From the NCBI RefSeq assembly GCF_009914755.1, contig NC_060936.1: a DNA stretch of 64,000 nt; one strand, written 5' to 3'. Shown here piece after piece: positions 54,314 through 64,000 of the stretch (its first letter is position 1; the number at the start of each line of letters is the position of its first letter). The notes beneath the pieces are model-generated. The model worked only from the letters and a program-made list of their open reading frames with translations, did not search any database and was not told the DNA's origin. The position numbers were made by a program, and so were the translations under genes. Source of the stretch: the human T2T-CHM13v2.0 reference genome, Homo sapiens.

Positions 54314-55760
54314 CCTGTAGATTATCAGTAAGAGACTTTCATGCGCCAGTATGCCCCGTGTGTAAGCCGAGCATGCATACGTAATCATTGTCATGATGCG
54401 CACATTATAAAATAAATACAAAGCAGTTTAAAATGAGATTTAAAATTAGTTGTAATATGCTGGCACCTCAGCGGATTATCCTGTGTAAACTCCTTTGGAA
54501 ATTGCTGATTTAGAGTCATATTGTAAGGGGTCTTATACAATGAATATTTGCTTTAATCCTGTAAAATACAATAGGAAGTCGGAGGTTTTTAAAATTGAAA
54601 AATGGCATTAGATTTATCTTTCTGTGAAGATCATGAAGCCAAGAATTTTAGAAGCTGTTAAAACTCAGAGGATGAAAAAGATAATGTGATTTAAGGCAGA
54701 GTGATGGTAGATGATGTCATCGCCTGCCCCTATGTAGAACCTTGGATGGTTTCTCATGTGTTGAGTATCCAAGCTGTCTGCAGGACCCTGAGCAGTCTGC
54801 TCCCTGCCCACATGAAATCCTCCACTCCCCTTGCCCCTTCTCTTTCCAGTCCCACTGGACGTCTTTTGGTTCTGCATCCAGTTCAAGCACTTATGTGTGG
54901 GTTGTTACCGTTTGTGTGGAAGACTGGTACCACCCTACCTTGCAATTCCTAATTCTCTGTTTCAGCTTAAATCTTGTTAGAGGTGGATAACAAGGTGCAA
55001 CAAGTGTTAGAGAATTCTACCAAAGATATTTTGGATTTATCCTAAGATCTAACTACTTCATATGAAAAAGATAACACTACTAGCATCCTGCCTTCGTGTA
55101 GTATTCTAAGAAGCTGACTTCAAGTTGCTTTTAAAGCTGTGTGTAAATAACGTGTATTAACACGTGTAGTTATAATTTTACCTGCCCTTTCCATTAGGGC
55201 TAATGTTTGTTGACTGCTCACTAGAGGCCAGTGTGAGTTCTCATTTGATCTTCACCATTGACTTGTGCAGTAGGTTATTCCAACCATTCGACAAAGAGTC
55301 ACACGCTATGTTGTTTTCTCATGTTGTCTAAAATGTGAAGGAGTTGGGTTCAGGCAGTTGAGCTCTGAGGCCTCTACCCTTAATAGCCTGATGACATTGT
55401 GTACCACCACGATGAGGGTGAGAGATTGTTACAGCTGAGCCCAAAGCTGATCCCAGCTCACAGGAAGCACTTAGTACCATCATGATGTTGAAGAAATGGA
55501 GAGAACGGTCCTGGCAGATGTAGGAGAAATAAAGGAGTGGTTTTGAAATCAATGACTCCATTCTTTTTATTTAGATATAACGTATATGGTGATGCCACTC
55601 ACCAAGAATGAAATTATGGGACATGAGGTAGAAGAGATACTAGTTTGGGTATGTTCAGTGTAAGCCACACATGGAACTCTGGGAAGATCCAGGATGACTC
55701 ATTATGTATGCAGAAGGATTTTCTAAGGGGCCTGGCGGGACACTTGCCACAAGTGCCTGT

Positions 55761-55764
<4 letters not shown>

Positions 55765-55799
<35 letters not shown>

Positions 55800-55805
55800 T
55801 GTGTA
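55765..55805. repeat. (GT)n microsatellite in intron 1
   Basis: Direct reading. Confidence 0.97.
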
Positions 55806-56198
55806 TGGGAGTATGTGTTAAGTGTGTGTACATGTGTATCTCCAAATGGGAAAGAAAGAACCAGCCACCAGCATCCTAATTCTTTCAGCACTTTCTCCTC
55901 CTAAGTCTGTTTATAATAAATAATCCAAATGAAAAACTAAGTCTTATATTAAAATAGGTTTTCCCCTTTGGCCCTACTGCAGTGCCCAGTGCAAGGTAAG
56001 CAACTGAGTTTGTTGAATGTAGGAATGTTACATTAAAAAAAACTGTCATTAAAGATTAGAAGGATACATAATAATTGCCTGGGGAGCTTACTTTTGAAAC
56101 TCAAAGAAGTTTAAAGTAACATTGTAGAAATTATCAAATGCGATTGCCTCCATTGAGTATTGTCTTCAAGATTGTTTCCTCTCCAGAAATAGAAAACA

Positions 56199-56276
56199 AT
56201 GACTGGGAGAGCCCGAGCCAGAGCCAGAGGAAGGGCCCGCGGTCAGGAGACAGCGCAGCTGGTGGGCTCCACTGCC
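56199..56276 (+). CDS. PIWIL1: PIWIL1 exon 2 coding part, aa 1-26 (exon starts 56187); RA/RG arginine-methylation motif
   Basis: Acceptor ctccag|; ATG at 56199 with A at -3; MTGRARARARGRARGQETAQLVGSTA; donor GCC|gtgagt. Confidence 0.97.
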
Positions 56277-56596
56277 GTGAGTGCTTCACCGTTTCTGACT
56301 ACAGAAAATGTCTTTGACTCTTGATCAGCCTAGGCTGTTGAAAATAAACTAAAAACTGTGCTGGGAAGGATATAGGAAGTGAGCAAGGGAGATCATGCCC
56401 TGTTTCCTCAGGATATTAGAAGCTGATTCGTGACTTTATTTGGTGACTCTTCTCTCAAATTTATTTTTAAGAATAAAATATTTGATTATTAATTTAGATA
56501 GGTGTTGGTTGAATTCCTGAGACTTAAGACTAGAAATTTTCTCTGGTGTCTGACCGCTTGACGAAAAGAATGTTCTTTATTTGCATGTAACTACAG

Positions 56597-56708
56597 AGTC
56601 AGCAACCTGGTTATATTCAGCCTAGGCCTCAGCCGCCACCAGCAGAGGGGGAATTATTTGGCCGTGGACGGCAGAGAGGAACAGCAGGAGGAACAGCCAA
56701 GTCACAAG
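56597..56708 (+). CDS. PIWIL1: PIWIL1 exon 3 (aa 27-64)
   Basis: ctacag|AGT CAG CAA...; SQQPGYIQPRPQPPPAEGELFGRGRQRGTAGGTAKSQG; donor AAG|gtgaag; 112 nt. Confidence 0.96.
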
Positions 56709-57202
56709 GTGAAGAGAAAGTAAAAGGAAGTCTTAACAACTCTGTTCAACATATACAGCAAATTTTATTGAATTAAAACTTGGTACAAAAATTTGTGCTG
56801 AAACTGTTTAAGAAACATTTCCTTATAATGTTGCCACAACACACAAATCAATTGTGGAAAATACTTAAATATAATTTCTTAAACATTCTATGTATCAGTC
56901 TTCATTAATAAATGACTTAAAAAAATGGTTACTCAGGATTGCAAATTTAACTCTATGGAACAGTTCCCTATCTGTAACAAGGTAGTGTCTACCTGTAGAG
57001 GTAAAGATCATTGTGACCATTAATACATGGGATAACAAATGAAGGCCCTGTTTTGTCATCTCTCACTGCTCTTTAGGGATTATACCTGAGAATTGCTTGT
57101 CACGGTAAATGCTCAAATACCTAATGTATTGTAGAAATTAATATAAGTTTAACAGATTATTGTTAATTAGACATTGTTTGGACCTTGATTTTCATTCTGT
57201 AA

Positions 57203-57527
<325 letters not shown>

Positions 57528-59352
57528 CATTGAAGGATTCTTAAATAGCACAGTGGTGTGAGGTCTGATGTGTGTTTGAAATAAAATCACTCTAGGAGCT
57601 GCATGGAAGGGGGAATTAGCAAGGTTCCCAGTCTTGTCCATTCTGAAATCTGTCCTCTTCATCAAGTGACAAAATCAAGCTTTGGCTAAGTGTCATAGCA
57701 GTACTGTATATCTCAAGCAGAACTGATTTCATCATTGTTTATATTCAGAAACTGGCAATTGGATTTTTGCGTCCAGAACTGAATTTTTTTAAGACAAATT
57801 AAAAATTTTTAAGGAAAAATATCAGCCTTTATGACCCTTCAGTGTCATCAGGTTGGATTCAGTATGCGTGATTTAGTGTAGTTACTCACCCAGTGCCATC
57901 AATACTTCAAACCAAGCCTCTGGGATAAAAAGCTCACTGAGAGAGACAAGTATGAACAGTTACATGTTTAAAGGATTTTTAGGTAGAGCCCCCTCCAAAT
58001 CATGAGGTACAGAAACAAACATGGAAGTGCCTTGTAAAGTGCTTTAGACGTGATATTTAAAACTTCTGACATGCCTGTGATGCTTATTCTCAATTTTTCA
58101 GGTGAAGGAATTGACACTCATATTAAATAACTGGTTTCCAAAGTATAGCAAGGACTGAAATATTTTAAGCCACTGTTATTTCTCTAAGGAAGTCTAGAGA
58201 GTAGGCAGTTCTGGTGTTTGTGGTCAGAAGAGAACTGGACTCTGATCTTTTTGTTCTTTTGTCCTGGGCTCATGACTGCCATCATTAAGACCTCTGTTTG
58301 GTTCAGAACTTCTGTATTTGAGCCCTCCCTGCCAGATCCAGATTCCAGGCTCCATGGGCAGGGCAAAGGGTCAGGAAGTACAAAAGTCACATGTCAGCTA
58401 TTGGCTCTCTTGTGGAATTTTTCCAAAAGTGTCATCCTGCAATTTCTGCTTAAGTATCTTAGGCCATCCCTAACCATGGGGAGGGTGGAAATTTTAGTCT
58501 ATTAAGTATATTACTCCAAAAATAGAATTTATTTAAAGAATGAGGGGTTAGTTATTGGATAGTCAACTGGTAATCTCTTTTACACAAGATAACATGCCTA
58601 TTAATTGACAGCTGGAATTTTAATGCTTGACTACAAAGTTCATATTTGTTTTTTGGCTCACATCAGATTGTTGATCTGAGATAATTGTATAATTTCAGCA
58701 AATCAAATGACTTGAATAATTTAGGTTCTTATAACCACAGCTTGTAGCACTAAGCATGAACTGATTAATCACGACCTTATTACCTATACCAGTATGAGAT
58801 GCGTGTCATGGTCATAGAATATGTGCAGGTGCAGAAATCCATTCTTCTGATTCTGAAGAGAGTCAGGTAGTGAGGAAGTTGCATTTTAGATGTAAGTTTT
58901 CTAATCCAGGTTACAGATTTAAACCCTCTAAACCAGCAACTTCTGTAGTTGTAATTGCATCATGACAGACTGTGGAAAATACATGAAGACCTTTAGGTAG
59001 TTATCAGACTTACAATACAGAAAAATAATTTCCCAGTCAGCAAACATATGCTCCTGCACTCTTGCACCACAGTCCAGTTGGCTTGATCTCTTGATTCAAG
59101 GTGCACATCTCTTGAAAGGGTGCATCTGCAATTGCCCAGGACAGTGACAAGGCCTTTATGAATGAAGTTATAACTAGGAAACCATTCTCTCGTTAGGCTG
59201 GCAGATACCTAAAACATGTTGATAGGATTGTTTTATGCCTTGTCTTCTACACCTCAGTATCCTTTGGATTACACATAATAGCACTATGGGAGTTAATATT
59301 GTCATCCTTTATTTCGTGCTTTATGTTGCTCAAGTACACAATTTTTTTTTAA

Positions 59353-59538
<186 letters not shown>

Positions 59539-59957
59539 TGAGGCACTTTAGTTTAGGTGTTTATTTGGCCAAGGATCCTGCATGGCTTTTCGATTTTCCT
59601 CACTTTCTTTTGGCGTTGATGAAGTAGGTTATAGATATCTTTAACTGCACATTTTGAAACGTCATCTCATTAAATATTAATAGATCATTTTTAAAACTCT
59701 TTGCCATGAAGAGATTTAGTTGGTTTTGTTGCAAATTATTTGTAAATTACTTAGTCTAAGGAAGATTTGTTTCTAAATGTATGCTTCTTTAGAAATTCAC
59801 CTAAAGAGAGAGACTAGTGGTCTCCAAAGTCAGATGTCTGAGGACTTTCATGTTGTCTGCTGCTCTTAGCCTTGTGTTTACGGAACTGTGCCTGCCTTGT
59901 CATGGTAGGAAAGATTTCAAGGAAAAATAAACTTGATATTTTGTTAATTGACTATAA

Positions 59958-60242
<285 letters not shown>

Positions 60243-60541
60243 TAAGATAGCTCACATGGCTTTTAGAGAGGCCCCAGGAGTCTCCTGTCTGATATGACTT
60301 GGAATAAACACATAGGGTACTTTGGCATTATTGTAGCATTGTCAGATTTGTCTGGGTAACTTGATGATTACAATTGAGTTATAATACACTTAGCCACTCT
60401 TTTTCTCAGAGCCATTTAAAAAAAATCCAGTTAAAACATTTTATGGTTTTCAATGTTGCCTTATTAAGCAAGCAGTATGTGATTGGGCATAATTGTCCTT
60501 TAAGGATTTAAAGTTTGGGTTTTCCACCTCTCTGGCTTCAG

Positions 60542-60663
60542 GTTACTGAAGTTTTTAGTAAGACCCGGAATGGAGAGGATGTGAGGATAACGATCACTTT
60601 AACAAATGAACTTCCACCTACATCACCAACTTGTTTGCAGTTCTATAATATTATTTTCAGGAG
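60542..60663 (+). CDS. PIWIL1: PIWIL1 exon 6 (aa 178-218)
   Basis: ttcag|; [41 protein letters not shown]; donor GAG|gtatgt; 122 nt. Confidence 0.96.
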
Positions 60664-61295
60664 GTATGTGTTTTATTTCAACATTTTATTAAGAAAACAG
60701 CAAAGTTGAAATAATTGTACATTGAACATCTGCATTCAGTTCTCCTAGATTTTCAGCATTGGCTGGGATTATTGAGTTTCTCTGTATTGCAGTAACTTAA
60801 GGTGTGGTTTACTGATAGAAAATTCATCTATTTGCTTTAAGCAAGTATCCTGCCTTTACTTCCCTAATTCTGTTGACTTCAAATACTGTCTGAGCTTGTG
60901 TTCAGAACACTCATATCCTCGAGAGCTATTGCGAACTTGGTATTCCTTCTCCCCACGGTGGGTCCTTGATCAGGAGGAGGTGCAGAGTTCAGGTCGTTTG
61001 TTCCACCACAGGAGATATACTGCATGCTTGATAATTTGCTTTCAGTGTACATATCACATATTTCCTATCCAAAAGCAAGACACGTGTTCTGCAAAAATTT
61101 TTGTTTTTTGAGGGGGATGAGAAACAATCTGGATAAGGCTGAAATTTTCGTGAGAATAGTAGGGCATAATACTTGTATCTGTAATTTCCCTCTTTAAGTT
61201 AGTCATAAGATAACTGTCACTGATGATAGGACAATTCATTGTGATAAATACTTGTTTTGAGTTAATGTAACTGGTAAATTGATTTTTCCCTAAAC

Positions 61296-61626
61296 GAGGG
61301 GTTGGCAAACTTCTCTCTGCAAAGGGCCAGATAGTAAACATCGTAGGCTTTGAAAGCCATGTCATCTCTTGGCAGCTCTTCAGCTCTACTACTGGACCGC
61401 CGAAACAGCCAGACACAGCGTGTGAGTGAGCGGTCATGGCTGTGTGCCAGTAGAACTATTGGTGGATGCTGAAGTCTGAATTTCAGATAATTCATGTATC
61501 ATGAAATAATCTTTTATTTTTTCCAACCTCAAAGATATTTGAAAACCGTTGGTAACTCATAGGCCATAAAAAACAGCAGGTAGGTTGGATTTGGCCTGGC
61601 TACAGACCACAATTTGCCAACCCCTG
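61296..61626. mobile_element. MER58-type hAT-Charlie element in intron 6
   Basis: TIRs AGGGGTTGGCAAA / TTTGCCAACCCCT; AAAGGGCCAGATAGTAAA; 8-bp TSD CCCTAAAC/CTCTAAAC. Confidence 0.88.
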
Positions 61627-61632
61627 CTCTAA

Positions 61633-61791
<159 letters not shown>

Positions 61792-62079
61792 TGAAGTAGA
61801 ACGTTTAATATTCCTTAGGCTTAATGACAGACTTTTGAGACGATAACCTAATTTGAAATGGTCAAATTTACTACAGTGACTGTTAATGCCGCCCATCACA
61901 TTATGTGACTATTTAACTTGAATAATGAGGAGACATCCCAGAATATTTGGATTTTTAAAAAATCACGTAATTTACCTGTCACTAGGGAAGAATACATAGT
62001 TGTCCAGTGCTGTTTGTATTTTTGCCCTTAGGTAATAAAAATAATCAGTTAATGTGGTGTATCAAGATTGCAGCCCAAC

Positions 62080-62519
62080 TGAAAAACCACCTGCTGGGTA
62101 TTGTGCTCCGTGCCTCAGTGATGGGACCACTCATCCCCCAGACCTCAGCATTATGCAGTATGCCCATGTCACAAACCTGCACGTGTGCCCCTTGAATCTA
62201 AAGTTGAAATAAGAAATAAAAGGCCGGGCGCGGTGGCTCATGCCTGTAGTCCCAGCACTTTGGGAGTCCAAGGCGGGTGGATCACGAGGTCAGGAGTTCT
62301 AGACCAGCCTGGCCAAGATGATGAAACCCCGTCTCTACTAAAAATACAAAGATTAGCCGGGTGTGGTGGCTGGCACCTGTAATCCCAGCTACTCGGGAGG
62401 CTGAGGCAGAGAAGTGCTTGAACCCGGGAGGCGGAGGTTGCAGTGAGCCGAGATCGTGCCAACTCCAGCCTGGGTGACAGAGCGAGACACTAAGAAAATA
62501 AATAAATAAAAAACAAAAT
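62080..62519 (+). mobile_element. Short L1PB/L1MA-like 3' end (62080-62221) followed by an AluS (62222-62519), in intron 7
   Basis: L1 3' UTR ACAAACCTGCACGTGTGCCCCTTGAATCTAAA; Alu consensus; shared TSD ATTGCAGCCCAAC. Confidence 0.88.
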
Positions 62520-62839
62520 ATTGCAGCCCAACAGGTTTAAGTTTATCATAATAATTGTGGTGCTTTCAATTAGATTGGCAACTTTTTAAAAGTCTTAGGC
62601 CAGTGTAATGAATAGCTGAATAAAGTTAGTACATTCATTTAAAATGAAACTTATACAATTATTATAATGTTGTTGAAGGTCTTAAAGCTGGAACCATGTA
62701 AATCCTAGAAATAAGGAAATTGATTCATTCAGAAACTTTATAGTTTAGACCCAGTTAATAAAAGTGAAAACGCAACTTAGTGTGTGCAGAATGTGTTGAA
62801 TGTGGAGAGGTTCTTCATGACCCCCATCTCGTCTGACAG

Positions 62840-63037
62840 GTTGGTGATTTGGCCTGGCTTCACTACTTCCATCCTTCAGTATGAAAACAGCATCATGCTC
62901 TGCACTGACGTTAGCCATAAAGTCCTTCGAAGTGAGACTGTTTTGGATTTCATGTTCAACTTTTATCATCAGACAGAAGAACATAAATTTCAAGAACAAG
63001 TTTCCAAAGAACTAATAGGTTTAGTTGTTCTTACCAA
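62840..63037 (+). CDS. PIWIL1: PIWIL1 exon 8 (aa 245-311), L1 linker and start of PAZ
   Basis: ctgacag|; [37 protein letters not shown]...LIGLVVLTK; donor CAA|gtaaga; 198 nt. Confidence 0.97.
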
Positions 63038-63456
63038 GTAAGACTGCTTTTTAAAGTGCACAATAATTTTTTGTGAGTCAAAGTATTGTGGCTTTCTAGT
63101 TCTACCATGTTAAGAAATAGTGTTTAAAATTGAGTGGTGGGAATAGCACAAAACAAGGGTGAGGGTATTTTTCAGCTTTCCCAGGATCATAGTTTTGGAG
63201 ATGACATAACTCATCTGGAGAGGACAAATAGCTAGTGATTTTTATCCTTTTAAATTATTTTATTTTCTGTAAGTAATTTAGTCACTTCCCCCATCCATCT
63301 GGCATAGTCTGTAAGAAACCCTGTTCCTTCTTTTTCCAACCTTGTATATAACCAGGTGATTTGAAATTTTAGAGAATACATGCTGTCTAGTCTCTCTTTT
63401 TAATATTAGTTCTTCACATTTCCATCAAATGCAGTCAAATCTCAACTGATCCCTAG

Positions 63457-63568
63457 GTATAACAATAAGACATACAGAGTGGATGATATTGACTGGGACC
63501 AGAATCCCAAGAGCACCTTTAAGAAAGCCGACGGCTCTGAAGTCAGCTTCTTAGAATACTACAGGAAG
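63457..63568 (+). CDS. PIWIL1: PIWIL1 exon 9 (aa 311-348), PAZ domain
   Basis: ccctag|; [37 protein letters not shown] (PIWI-clade PAZ signature); donor AAG|gtaaga; 112 nt. Confidence 0.97.
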
Positions 63569-64000
63569 GTAAGATGCCAGTGGTTAGATCTCAGGAGAAA
63601 TCCAAAATATCTTTGGTAGAATTCTCTAACACTTGTTGCACATTTGGAACAAGTTGCGTTTAAAGCTGTGTGTAAATGTATTTGTTAGGGCAATCACAGC
63701 ATAATTTTATTCATTACCAAATTATTAAAATGCCTCTTTTTATTTGGTACAGTTCACATAATGAGAAATGCCCTCTCCTGGTTCCCTTTTTCCAGTAGAA
63801 TGAAAGCTTACGTTTGAATTGAAGCCTATGGAGGACAAGTAGGTTGGATAACAGGTGGCGAGCAGTGGGAGTTAAGAGCTTGCCATACTGTCTCTCCCTC
63901 CATAATCAACATTTCATTTAATTTCACCTTGGAGACGGGTAGGAATTAAAGATCTTTGAACCTTCAGTATCATTTCTGCTAAATCTACTGCCTGTGGGTT

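Noticed and set aside
62784-62839. Upstream extension of the exon-8 ORF (and likewise 60515-60541 for exon 6)
   Set aside because: Intronic read-through in the ORF track; the AG acceptors at 62839 and 60541 give the known protein.

Overview
Primate, almost certainly human, genomic DNA. Positions 1-50,000 are a repeat-dense intergenic region (Alu, L1, L2, MIR, MaLR/ERV1 LTRs, hAT DNA transposons, microsatellites) with no credible protein-coding gene. From about 50,300 a CpG island marks the promoter and non-coding exon 1 of PIWIL1 (HIWI, germline piRNA-binding Argonaute, + strand). Eight GT-AG coding exons (exons 2-9) splice into one frame of 348 codons: MTGRARARARGRARG... through the N domain, D-box, L1 linker and the start of PAZ. 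The gene runs off the right edge. The most striking unexplained structure is a 24-copy, 42-bp G-rich minisatellite just inside intron 1. Its units carry a near-copy of the exon-1 splice donor, an ATG in phase with that donor, an E2-box and often an EGR site, so it may act as a tunable regulatory or splicing element. The long ORFs in the supplied track are repeat artefacts. Repeat subfamily names come from recalled consensus features and need RepeatMasker confirmation.
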